Position numbers and translations under genes: made by a program. Below, piece after piece: positions 9,876 through 18,539 of a DNA stretch of 64,000 bases (within the stretch, counting starts at the first letter, position 1; each line of letters begins with the position of its first letter). The notes under the pieces are model-generated. The model saw only the letters and a list, made by a program, of their open reading frames with translations, searched no databases and had not been told where the DNA came from. This stretch comes from a virus (lineage: Duplodnaviria; Caudoviricetes): positions 32,001 through 96,000 of the IMG/VR virus record IMGVR_UViG_3300028591_000090, one strand, 5' to 3'.

Positions 9876-10426
9876 TCTGTTGTTCTTATTTTTTGTACGT
9901 GATAACTAATTTCTTTGATAAACAAATCAAATAAATCTTTCTTATTCTCTATGTCAATAATTTCTTTTAACTCGGAATCTTCTTCCATATTATTAAGAAC
10001 ATAGTTTCGTGTAAATTCTTCTATCTTATCATCTTCTAATCCGTCTGGCATTTTCTCCAATACAAATGTCGCCATAAAAGATAACGTCTTCGCATTGAGA
10101 TTAAGTTGTTCTACATCTTCTTTCATTATATTCATTGCAGAAATGAATTTCCACGCAACAATAACTAATCCAATAACAAAGAATATGTTTACAATTGGAA
10201 TAAATACATTCTTCTGCATATTATCTTCCATTACATCTAATTCTGACGATATGACATCAACAGCCTTTTTCCATTGATTGATTCTTTTCATATCATAACT
10301 ATCATACTTGTTCATTTCATCTAATAGACTATTGAACTTATTATATATAAGTGTTATCAATATTTTAGATATAACCCAACTAATAATAATGCTCGATAAC
10401 CAAAATAAAATTAAACCTTTTCCCAT
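9857..10426 (-). CDS. membrane protein
   Basis: Two predicted TM helices. Confidence 0.65.
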   Translation of the reverse strand: MGKGLILFWLSSIIISWVISKILITLIYNKFNSLLDEMNKYDSYDMKRINQWKKAVDVISSELDVMEDNMQKNVFIPIVNIFFVIGLVIVAWKFISAMNIMKEDVEQLNLNAKTLSFMATFVLEKMPDGLEDDKIEEFTRNYVLNNMEEDSELKEIIDIENKKDLFDLFIKEISYHVQKIRTTECQGKN

Positions 10427-10472
10427 ATCTTTTTTTTTTACAAATATAATGAATTATCTCATAACTTCCAAA

Positions 10473-11201
10473 TTATAGAACAAATAATTTTTCTATTGGT
10501 CTATATGTATTTTTGGTCGACATAGCATTTGTTACCTCTTTTTGCCATATGCACTTAAAATCGTCTGGCATTGAATATTCACTCACAAATAGTCTACATC
10601 TATCTTTTATTGAATGACACCAATTATAAAATCTATCGTAATCAAAGTTTGTAGAATTGCCATATTGTTTTGTGTTGCGATATGGGATGTCGCAATAAAC
10701 AACTGCACCGTCTGGAAATTTTACCTTTTCATAATCAGATGAACAGAAAGTTATTCTTTTTGTACTCAACATATCTACTTGACCAAGTGTATTTCTTATT
10801 TGTTCTCCAATATAATCTCTACCATTTACATTGTGACCACTATATCCACCATCATAGAACCTACCATTATAACTTCCCATAAAACCTACCCAACCAATAA
10901 GACCATCACTATACAGATATTGTTCATAATTTTTACCACTACGTGCACAATTATAAGCGTTACGAACTTCTGAATAAAATTCTCTTGTGATTTCTTGTGG
11001 ATATTGTTCACCAGCGAGTATTCCCTCCCACATTGCAATAAGATATTTATTTAAATCGTTTGCAATAATATCTTTTGTGTTTGCCACTTGTGTGACAGAT
11101 AAAGAGCCACAAAACATATCAACAAAAACATCTGTTTCTTTTACGTCCATTACTGCAAGAATATCTTTTGCTATCTTGCGTTTATTACCCATATACTTCA
11201 T
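10473..11201 (-). CDS. DNA adenine methyltransferase (Dam/D12 class)
   Basis: KYMGNK, FVDMFCGSLSV (motif I), VYCDIPY (motif IV). Confidence 0.85.
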   Translation of the reverse strand: MKYMGNKRKIAKDILAVMDVKETDVFVDMFCGSLSVTQVANTKDIIANDLNKYLIAMWEGILAGEQYPQEITREFYSEVRNAYNCARSGKNYEQYLYSDGLIGWVGFMGSYNGRFYDGGYSGHNVNGRDYIGEQIRNTLGQVDMLSTKRITFCSSDYEKVKFPDGAVVYCDIPYRNTKQYGNSTNFDYDRFYNWCHSIKDRCRLFVSEYSMPDDFKCIWQKEVTNAMSTKNTYRPIEKLFVL

Positions 11202-11205
11202 ATTT

Positions 11206-11769
11206 CTAAAATTTTATCTCTGATAATTCAGTTTTCTTTTTATCAAGTCTCTGCTTAACGTAATCGTCATATTTTATAAACCACTCGTTTATCATTTTCT
11301 TTACATCATCAAGTGAACTAACAACATGGAACGTCGTCAAGCCTTCATAAATTCTATTCATATCCAAAGTGATGCATGATGTGTTTAACGTATTCTTATC
11401 AATGTTAAAACTGATAAAATCATCTTTTTTCTTCTTTGTGATTATAAAAGACTTATCAAAGTAAATTTCAGCATTACCTCGGATTTGAGATAAATAACTA
11501 TATATATCATACTCATCATCATCATCATCATTGATATTAATGCTGTATTTTCTAGGCTTGCCAATATCAAATAATGTAATGTCGTTTTCTATTCCACAGT
11601 TATGTTGTTGAATCAATAAATATGCTCCGTCGTCAATTGATTTCTGTACGGGTTCAAATGCACGCATTACAACATCTTTTTTAAGTTTAATTAATTCAGA
11701 AGAAGCAGTTTGCGTTTTTTTTTGAAATTCCTCAACCTCTTTTATTTTTTGCTCTATAATATTTTCCAT
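11206..11769 (-). CDS. hypothetical protein
   Basis: ORF track. Confidence 0.65.
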   Translation of the reverse strand: MENIIEQKIKEVEEFQKKTQTASSELIKLKKDVVMRAFEPVQKSIDDGAYLLIQQHNCGIENDITLFDIGKPRKYSININDDDDDEYDIYSYLSQIRGNAEIYFDKSFIITKKKKDDFISFNIDKNTLNTSCITLDMNRIYEGLTTFHVVSSLDDVKKMINEWFIKYDDYVKQRLDKKKTELSEIKF

Positions 11770-11831
11770 AATTTTTATCGTTTAAATTTAACAATGCAAA
11801 TATAAATATATTTTTTAACAAATGCAAATAT

Positions 11832-13388
11832 TTACAATATAATTTTTTCTGTTGTTATTTCATAATTTTGTTTCTTGTATATTTCTTCTCGTGAATCATA
11901 TTGTTTTTGCGTATGCTTATATGCATTATCAACAAAATCAATAATGGTTACTGCCTTTTTATTTTTAAAATTTCTTAAACCTCTACCAATAGATTGACCA
12001 ATAAGAATAGGCGACTTGTACGATTCTGCAAAAACAATATAGTGAACATTCTTTAAGTCAATACCAGTTGAGAAAGTACCAAAAGAAGCAACAAGATTCA
12101 TATCACTTTTTTCTATTTCTTTTATATATAAACTTCTTTCAAGATTATTTGTACCACCAAAGATATATTTTGTTGGTTTATATTCATTCATTTTTTCTGC
12201 AAGTCTTTTACCAAACTCACCTTTGACATCGTTAAACAATACCAACACGTTCTTCTTTAGTGAACTCACATATTTAACTATTGCATCTGTACGTTGTTCG
12301 TCAGAAGTTATCATATCTCTTTCTAACTTATACAATGCTTTAAAATACTCCAACTCTTCTTGAGAACCTTTACTTGGTCTATTATTATAAAATTCCAAGT
12401 ATTCATTAAATTCTCCACTATTGATTCTTTTAGCATAATCAATTACTACCTTACGTATCTTTACCGTTGGTGCAAAACCATCTTCTATTAAATTTTTAGG
12501 ATTATAGATAAAAGTAATTGGTCCAAGCATTGATAAATTTTCATAATAATCTGCATAGCCAGTACCAACCATTATCGTTCCAGACAATCCAAAACGATAA
12601 CTTAATGGCATAGATAAACGAATAGCACGTTTTATCGAGTCTGTTTTTGCAGTATGTGCTTCATCTACATTTATTACTCTTATACGTTTAAATATATCAT
12701 TTTGAAGCGTATTAAGACTTTGAAATGTTGAAATAATCACTTCTGATTCATTAAAAGTTTTTTCGTCATATTTATAGTCTCCTCCAATACCCATAACTTT
12801 TAATGGATATTTTTCATTATAATAATCAACAGTAAACTTTTCAATTGTTTGTCCAACCAAATCTTTACGTGGAACAATCATTAAAAATTTCTTCTCTACA
12901 GAAATATTACCCATTTTCTTTAAGTATTGAGCAACAGAATATGATATAAGTGTTTTTCCTGCTGCTGTTGATACTTGTTGTGCAGAATATCTATATTTAA
13001 GTATCTTAAAAATTGATTCATACTGATACCAACGAATTTTTATCTCTGGTTCTACGCCAATAAAAAGATTATCAACAAAAGCAGATATATCTTCCAATGT
13101 AATAGCATTGTTAATAAAATGTTCCATACCTTTGATTTCCAACTCGAATCCTCTATCAGTACAATATTTTTCTAATTCTCCCCACAATCCTATAGGTAAA
13201 CAATTTCTCACAAAAAAACTTGTACACCCATCGGAATATCCATTACGTACAGCAGGCTCCATATATGCATTCTTTCTTTTCTTCCTAAAAAATGTCTGCA
13301 TATTATAATATTCAATTTCAGATGGGGCAAATAAACACTCTATAAAGTGTAAATTATTCTGTATTTGAAAAACAAATTTATTAAACAT
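11832..13388 (-). CDS. uvsW: SF2 DNA helicase, T4 UvsW-like
   Basis: TAAGKT, DEAH, GLSGT, FSTGID, QSIGRGLR motifs. Confidence 0.85.
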   Translation of the reverse strand: MFNKFVFQIQNNLHFIECLFAPSEIEYYNMQTFFRKKRKNAYMEPAVRNGYSDGCTSFFVRNCLPIGLWGELEKYCTDRGFELEIKGMEHFINNAITLEDISAFVDNLFIGVEPEIKIRWYQYESIFKILKYRYSAQQVSTAAGKTLISYSVAQYLKKMGNISVEKKFLMIVPRKDLVGQTIEKFTVDYYNEKYPLKVMGIGGDYKYDEKTFNESEVIISTFQSLNTLQNDIFKRIRVINVDEAHTAKTDSIKRAIRLSMPLSYRFGLSGTIMVGTGYADYYENLSMLGPITFIYNPKNLIEDGFAPTVKIRKVVIDYAKRINSGEFNEYLEFYNNRPSKGSQEELEYFKALYKLERDMITSDEQRTDAIVKYVSSLKKNVLVLFNDVKGEFGKRLAEKMNEYKPTKYIFGGTNNLERSLYIKEIEKSDMNLVASFGTFSTGIDLKNVHYIVFAESYKSPILIGQSIGRGLRNFKNKKAVTIIDFVDNAYKHTQKQYDSREEIYKKQNYEITTEKIIL

Positions 13389-13393
13389 AATAT

Positions 13394-13654
13394 CTAAATA
13401 TTACCCAAAGATATTTTTTCTCTTGTTAAAGATTTTATATCTTCTAATTTAACTTTATATACAAAGGTAACATTACTATACCCAGGAGATGGTCGTTCAA
13501 ATTTTAGATATGGTACATTATCTTTATCACAAAACCCATAACAAAATTTTGCATTCTCCATTGTAAACAATAAAATATGTTTACCCTCTTTCATTTCGAT
13601 AGTAAAATACTCGCCCTCTCTCGGACATATCCATCTAAACTCTTGTAACGTCAT
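13394..13654 (-). CDS. hypothetical protein
   Basis: ORF track. Confidence 0.6.
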   Translation of the reverse strand: MTLQEFRWICPREGEYFTIEMKEGKHILLFTMENAKFCYGFCDKDNVPYLKFERPSPGYSNVTFVYKVKLEDIKSLTREKISLGNI

Positions 13655-13659
13655 ATCTA

Positions 13660-14136
13660 TTAACAGTCTAATTGTTTTTGTACCTCTACACGATTCTTCA
13701 TATTGTAAATAATACCGTCTAATGTTTTACGGCTTTCATCAAGAAAATTAATATGATTGTTAAACAAATCCAAAAACAACTTTGTTTGTGCAACATTAGT
13801 GTTTCCGTCAATCAATATCATTTTCTCTTGCGAAGACTTAAAATTAAAATTAGAAGAAGCCTCATTAACAATACCACTCAATACCGAAGATTTATATATT
13901 TCCAATGAATTTTGAAATACTATCATCCTATTCATATATTTGTGAATAGAAGATATGATTTGTTGTCTCTTTGAATGAAAAAACAACTCACAATTAATAT
14001 ATTCCTTTATGTCTGCCATACGGTGAATATATTCTTCTATCTCTTTCGTTATCTTTGCTTCTTCATCTTCAAACTTCTTGTGAAACTCTTCAAAGTTCAA
14101 ACTCGTTACATTAATTACTTGTGCCATATTACCCAA
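13660..14136 (-). CDS. helical protein, possibly UvsY-like recombination mediator
   Basis: All-helical, similar size, near uvsW; function is inference only. Confidence 0.4.
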   Translation of the reverse strand: MGNMAQVINVTSLNFEEFHKKFEDEEAKITKEIEEYIHRMADIKEYINCELFFHSKRQQIISSIHKYMNRMIVFQNSLEIYKSSVLSGIVNEASSNFNFKSSQEKMILIDGNTNVAQTKLFLDLFNNHINFLDESRKTLDGIIYNMKNRVEVQKQLDC

Positions 14137-14482
14137 TATTATTATTTTTACATATAATCAAACAAAGTTCATCATTATCTTTTATATCTTTGAAACGCAA
14201 AGATAAATCATTTTTTATAATATCCAAATTTTCAGTACTTATTTTTGAATGAGAATCCAAATCTTTATACATCACTTTATCTGTATCTATTATCTTAAAT
14301 AATCCCAACGGAACTATTTCTATTTTGTCTTTTTCTTCACAATCTGGACAATAATTCTCATAATGTAAATGAATATAATCACCAGTCTTGTAATTGTCTT
14401 TCTTATCAACAAAAACAATAAATTCTTGTCCTAAAAAGACATAACAGAAATTTCTTACATTTAATTTAGTACACCCTCGCAT
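14129..14482 (-). CDS. hypothetical protein
   Basis: ORF track. Confidence 0.55.
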   Translation of the reverse strand: MRGCTKLNVRNFCYVFLGQEFIVFVDKKDNYKTGDYIHLHYENYCPDCEEKDKIEIVPLGLFKIIDTDKVMYKDLDSHSKISTENLDIIKNDLSLRFKDIKDNDELCLIICKNNNIG

Positions 14483-15020
14483 GAATCTCTTTCATTAAAT
14501 TATTTCTAAAACGCATACATTGAACTTTAATGGTATCAACTTTTTTATCCGTCTCCAATGATATATCTTTTAATGATTTACCGTTAATGTAATACTCAAT
14601 AAAAGAATTCTTGTTTATATTATCATTTAGGTTATAAATTATATCCTCAACACGAATATGTATATCATTTGCAGACGGCTCTCTATATATCTTATCTTCT
14701 ACATCTATACTATATGTCTTAATACTTTTCTTTTGCTTTTGCAATTTAGTACAGCATACAGAATTGATTATAGTATTCAACCACGTTCTAAATACCTTCT
14801 CTTCTTTTCCTACACCCTTGAAATTCTTTACACTATACAACAACTTAATAAATACCTCTTGTGCCATATCTTCCGAATCTTCGACATTCTTTGTATAGGA
14901 ATAACATTTCCATTTAATGTATTCATTATACAATCGAAAATATTTATTAACAGTTTTATTATCTTGTTCTACCAAACCCTTATACTCTTCCTGCGTCATC
15001 TTTAATGTATTTAATCCCAT
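14466..15020 (-). CDS. ECF-type RNA polymerase sigma factor
   Basis: Region 2 EDSEDMAQEVFIKL..FRTWLNTI and region 4 HTH GKSLKDIS...VDTIK. Confidence 0.8.
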   Translation of the reverse strand: MGLNTLKMTQEEYKGLVEQDNKTVNKYFRLYNEYIKWKCYSYTKNVEDSEDMAQEVFIKLLYSVKNFKGVGKEEKVFRTWLNTIINSVCCTKLQKQKKSIKTYSIDVEDKIYREPSANDIHIRVEDIIYNLNDNINKNSFIEYYINGKSLKDISLETDKKVDTIKVQCMRFRNNLMKEIHARVY

Positions 15021-15495
15021 TTACCCAACCATACTCAAGTGCATCTTGCACAACCTTACGGAAGTCATTATCCATTTTCAAAATAATATCAGCATTGGTT
15101 GTTGTAAACTCTTTTTTCATATTATTAAGAGCGTCCATTTCTCCTAAAAGATTGTCTGCATTGTCTATTATGTTTGCAATGTGTTGTGTTTTATCACTAA
15201 ATTTTAACGATCCATTCTTACACAACTCAATTGCTTTCTCTATCATTGCAGTTTGTGTTTTCAATACGGTATCATATTGATTTTCTTTGTCAAAAAAGAT
15301 TACATTAAAAAATTTATCATACACAACAAAACCATAATTAACCCTATTCTTTATGTCTCTTTTTTCAGTTAATTTCATATATATACCCAATCGCTTTCTT
15401 AAAAAAGCAAGAATAGACGATACATTATTGTCTTTCTCATTGAAATCTGGAAATAATTCTTTTATTTCCTTAATCAAATCTTCACTTATAACCAT
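14980..15495 (-). CDS. hypothetical protein
   Basis: Start moved to MVISED, downstream of the -7 element at 15510. Confidence 0.6.
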   Translation of the reverse strand: MVISEDLIKEIKELFPDFNEKDNNVSSILAFLRKRLGIYMKLTEKRDIKNRVNYGFVVYDKFFNVIFFDKENQYDTVLKTQTAMIEKAIELCKNGSLKFSDKTQHIANIIDNADNLLGEMDALNNMKKEFTTTNADIILKMDNDFRKVVQDALEYGWVNGIKYIKDDAGRV

Positions 15496-15540
15496 ATCTT
15501 TATTTTTTTGCAAATATAAAATAAAAATATGAGAAAAACA

Positions 15541-15574
15541 AAAAAAAGGAGAAACTTTTTAAACAATTCCTCCT
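15541..15574 (-). terminator. intrinsic terminator ending the tRNA operon
   Basis: AGGAG...CTCCT stem followed by T7. Confidence 0.6.
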
Positions 15575-15670
15575 CTATCTCTTCTTGACTTATCGTCAAG
15601 TAACGCTAAACATAACGCTATCGCATCTGATTGTGATAATTTCTTATTACCAACCTGACAACGTACATTA

Positions 15671-15716
15671 ACAACAATATTTTCCAAATGTTCTTTTGGC
15701 ACGGGAAAAAGATTAT
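15671..15716. repeat. trailer arm of long-range inverted repeat (partner 21768..21813; partial partner ~19670..19702)
   Basis: tccaaatgttcttttggcacgggaaaaagattat vs reverse complement of leader tccaaaagttctttgacatacgggaaaaagattat. Confidence 0.8.
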
Positions 15717-15729
15717 TTTATGCTTTTTG

Positions 15730-15805
15730 TGTGTTAGGTTGGATTCGAACCAACGACCTTCTGCTCCACAAACAGACGTTCTAAACCAACTGAACTACTA
15801 ACACC
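15730..15805 (-). tRNA. tRNA-His (GTG)
   Basis: Cloverleaf, TCTGT-TTGTGGA-GCAGA, G-1 present. Confidence 0.9.
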
Positions 15806-15810
15806 ATGTG

Positions 15811-15884
15811 TTGTTGCGAAGGGACTCGAACCCCTAACGTCCAGAATCAAAATCTGGCATTCTAACCAGTTGAATTACGCAACA
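15811..15884 (-). tRNA. tRNA-Gln (TTG)
   Basis: CCAGA-TTTTGAT-TCTGG. Confidence 0.9.
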
Positions 15885-16033
15885 ATAAAAACGGCTTCAC
15901 GTACCGTTTTGTGGGCTTCAATTAGAATACCACGGAAGTTCATGGTGTGTGTGCACCTAACTTCTCTCACCATAAATCCACACAATTAGTGAGACCTAAA
16001 TCATATAATGCTCCAAATAAGGAGACTTCTTTG

Positions 16034-16107
16034 TGGGAACGGAGAGATTCGAACTCTCACTACATAGATTCTAAGTCTATTGCCTCTACCAATTGGGCTA
16101 CGTTCCC
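16034..16107 (-). tRNA. tRNA-Leu (TAG), short variable loop
   Basis: ATAGA-CTTAGAA-TCTAT; 5-nt variable region. Confidence 0.85.
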
Positions 16108-16166
16108 ATGTGCCCCATACGGAATCCTCACGCTGGGGCTATGATGACAAGCGTTTTTTATTTAGG

Positions 16167-16247
16167 TGCTTTGAGACAAGTTGGGACTCGAACCCAAATC
16201 CGAGGTTTTATTTTAGACCCCGTGTCTTAACCATTAGACGACAAGCA
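16167..16247 (-). ncRNA. tRNA-like RNA (intact D and T arms, oversized anticodon loop, bulged acceptor)
   Basis: GTCT/AGAC D stem, TTGGG-TTCGAGT-CCCAA, CGGGGT-CTAAAATAAA-ACCTCG. Confidence 0.55.
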
Positions 16248-16263
16248 TGAAACACATAAATTG

Positions 16264-16335
16264 TGTTCCGAAAAGGAATCGAACCTTTATTGTCTGCTTA
16301 GAAGGAAGATGTTCTATCCATTGAACTATCGGAAC
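16264..16335 (-). tRNA. tRNA-Arg (TCT)
   Basis: Loop CTTCTAA; one mismatch in anticodon stem. Confidence 0.85.
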
Positions 16336-16339
16336 TTTT

Positions 16340-16564
16340 GCACACCTAACAGCACTCCTATGGAATTACCCAATGGTCTGTTGCCTTTACTGGCTCAGGG
16401 ACTCTGGTTTGTGTGCTCTACTATAGTCCCTTTTTCGTTAAAATTTGGACGCCTGAAGATGCTTCCCTGCGTGGATACTCACGTCCTCGTTCTTACTTCG
16501 CTACTCACGCTTTTAGTCGACATATTAAACGCTTTTGCTTTTCTGACTCAGTTCATTGCTAGTG
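16340..16564 (-). ncRNA. unidentified structured RNA between tRNA-Glu and tRNA-Arg
   Basis: GC-enriched; terminal ACACTAGCA/TGTTAGGTGT, AGGGACT/AGTCCCT and GGACG/CGTCC helices. Confidence 0.45.
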
Positions 16565-16639
16565 TCGTGCATAGGGGATTTGAACCCACTAATTTCTTCC
16601 TTGAAGGGGAAGCGACTTAACCAATTCGTCTAATGCACG
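16565..16639 (-). tRNA. tRNA-Glu (TTC)
   Basis: CTTCC-CCTTCAA-GGAAG. Confidence 0.8.
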
Positions 16640-17443
16640 TTTTTTTAATTTATTATAAATCATTCCTTTACCAGCACAACTTCGTGAACAATAAAATGTT
16701 CCAGTTCTAAATTTACCATGTCTATAAAATAATTTACCACAAAAAGCACATTCATAATTATTATCATAACTATTATCATATAGTTCTTCTAAATGTTTTA
16801 CATTATATTTGTCTTTGCAATAATTTATATAAAATAACATATCATCATAATATAAAACTTTAGAATTTTCTGGTAAATGTTTTAATTTTTCTTCTGTTAT
16901 ATTTGTTTTAAAACCTTTTATTTCATATATTATACCATCTATTTCAAAATCTGGATTATAAAAATGTTTTTCTCCATCAAATTCATATTCTAATTTTTTA
17001 TCACATCTTTTTATGTTTGAATTGTTATCAAGATGATAAATAAGAAATGCAAGTTCCCAAGTAGAATCTAAAAAGAAACCTTTATAAAAACCTTTATGTC
17101 CTCTACCACTACCTTTTCTATATCCTCCATACTTAACATTTTCTTTCAACCATTTTTCTTTACATTCTTCTGAACAATATTTAGAATTTCTCTTTCTTAA
17201 ATCAAATTCAGTACTGCAATATTTACATTTTTTAATTTTTGGTATTTTGGCTTTTTCTCTTCTAATTTCGTTATTAAAAGGGACCCATTTACCACCATGC
17301 ATTAAAGTGTAACCAATTTTCTTTTTTGTTTCTTCTGAATGGTGTCGTGTATTTGCACAACTTTTAGAACAAAATCTTCCAGAACCATAATTCCCATTAT
17401 GTTCTTTTCCACAATTTTCACAAATAAAAATTTGATTTTCCAT
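16589..17443 (-). CDS. free-standing homing-endonuclease-like protein (Cys/Zn repeats plus PD-(D/E)xK domain)
   Basis: CENCGK..FCSKSC repeats, HSEETKKKI (NUMOD3-like), DSTWE..YNPDF..IYEIKG. Confidence 0.75.
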   Translation of the reverse strand: MENQIFICENCGKEHNGNYGSGRFCSKSCANTRHHSEETKKKIGYTLMHGGKWVPFNNEIRREKAKIPKIKKCKYCSTEFDLRKRNSKYCSEECKEKWLKENVKYGGYRKGSGRGHKGFYKGFFLDSTWELAFLIYHLDNNSNIKRCDKKLEYEFDGEKHFYNPDFEIDGIIYEIKGFKTNITEEKLKHLPENSKVLYYDDMLFYINYCKDKYNVKHLEELYDNSYDNNYECAFCGKLFYRHGKFRTGTFYCSRSCAGKGMIYNKLKKRALDELVKSLPLQGRN

Positions 17444-17582
17444 AATTATTTTTATCTTTTTTTATAGGTTATTGGTAGTAACCTTTATTTTATTTAGTTT
17501 TAAAAAATAGTAGTTAGATAAAACTATGGATAATTTTATCAATTGGCTACCAACCAGATGTCCTACTATTTTTATAGTTTAT

Positions 17583-17661
17583 GCTTGTGTATGATAGGCT
17601 TCGAACCATATGCCTCTCTATCTCTATAGATTGTTCTGCCATATTAAACTACAACACAAGC
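17583..17661 (-). ncRNA. tRNA-like RNA with 4-nt loop in place of the anticodon loop
   Basis: Extended acceptor GCTTGTGT/ACACAAGC, D arm, TCTAT-AGAG-ATAGA, TTCGAA T loop. Confidence 0.55.
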
Positions 17662-17783
17662 ATTTCGTTTTACTAAAAACTCTACGACTTTGCAAAACTA
17701 CTCCGTGGAAAACGATACACGTTTCATTTACTTAAACCATCCATTGAGACCGGATGCAGTCTCATTTAAGCGTGTGAATTTTG

Positions 17784-17860
17784 CGGTGACAGTAGGATTC
17801 GAACCTACGACCCAGGGATTAACAGTCCCTTGCTCTAAAAACCAACTGAGCTATGTCACC
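17784..17860 (-). tRNA. tRNA-Asn (GTT)
   Basis: AGGGA-CTGTTAA-TCCCT. Confidence 0.9.
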
Positions 17861-17864
17861 ATAA

Positions 17865-17937
17865 TATTTAAGTTTGGAATCGAACCAAAGCCTTTCTCAA
17901 TACATGGAGAAGATGCAGACCACTACACTACTTAAAC
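17865..17937 (-). ncRNA. tRNA-like RNA with 8-nt anticodon loop
   Basis: TTCTC-CATGTATT-GAGAA; acceptor and T arm intact. Confidence 0.55.
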
Positions 17938-17938
17938 G

Positions 17939-18012
17939 TGGACCAGACTGGGCTTGAACCAGTGACCTCCTGATTATGAGTCAGTTGCTCTGACCAACTG
18001 AGCTACAGGTCC
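17939..18012 (-). tRNA. tRNA-Ile2/Met (CAT), Ile2-like body
   Basis: CTGA-CTCATAA-TCAG; body resembles lysidine-type Ile2 tRNAs. Confidence 0.8.
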
Positions 18013-18165
18013 AAAAAAAGTGGTAGAAGGAATAGTTTCAAATCCATAGAAAAACATGGAAATTGTTTATAATTTAATAATTACTGGGTGAACTACTACA
18101 CCCTCTATCCCATTGTTGAAAACTTTTGAGAATACTTTTCTAATTAATAACTACCACTTAAATCT
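18013..18165 (-). ncRNA. orphan TnpB omegaRNA-like scaffold (18035..18165) plus putative guide (18013..18034)
   Basis: Close copy of 29910..30045 (tnpB 3' end and right end), diverging after GAAACTAT. Confidence 0.75.
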
Positions 18166-18281
18166 TCGCCGTGCTGACCTTACACCTATGATTGCTACTC
18201 TTACACATATTAGTTGTACACCTAAATATGTGATATGGTGCACCGTTTCACAACCACGCAGACTCGAACTGCACCTGCGAC
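18166..18281 (-). ncRNA. circularly permuted tRNA-like RNA (YrlA/Y-RNA-like topology)
   Basis: Order 5' TCGC, T arm, TGGTTG...CAATCA acceptor closed by insert, D arm, GCGA 3'. Confidence 0.55.
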
Positions 18282-18292
18282 ATGCTTTTTTG

Positions 18293-18363
18293 CTCGGTCG
18301 AAGGGACTCGAACCCTCATACGCCCCCGTCAATGGGGCTGTTCTACCGTTAAACTACAACCAA
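18293..18363 (-). ncRNA. atypical tRNA (loop ATTGACG, class I body)
   Basis: Full cloverleaf but A32/C37 loop; TGA anticodon without the Ser long arm. Confidence 0.55.
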
Positions 18364-18458
18364 GAAACACATTCTAACGCTGCAACATTATTATGTGCCA
18401 ATGGACATAAATGCTTTAATCGTTTGCAGACAATCTTTGCATTCGCCAATCCATTTAG

Positions 18459-18530
18459 AACAAGAAATGAGAATCGAACTCACATATCCAGTTTTGAAGA
18501 CTGGAGCACTAACCGTTGTGCTATTCTTGC
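18459..18530 (-). tRNA. opal (UGA-reading) suppressor tRNA, anticodon TCA, tRNA-Gly-like body
   Basis: CCAGT-CTTCAAA-ACTGG; body closely resembles tRNA-Gly at 20196; U73. Confidence 0.85.
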
Positions 18531-18539
18531 ATTTTTATG

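Noticed and set aside
16167-16247. Amber suppressor (CTA in loop)
   Set aside because: CTA is off-centre in a 10-nt loop and the acceptor stem is interrupted; kept only as a tRNA mimic.
18013-18060. CRISPR array suggested by the TTTGAAAC end
   Set aside because: Only two dispersed copies, each part of the longer tnpB-end homology; no regularly spaced repeats seen anywhere.
18459-18530. tRNA-Sec
   Set aside because: 72 nt, 7/5 fold, short variable loop; lacks the Sec long arm and extended acceptor.
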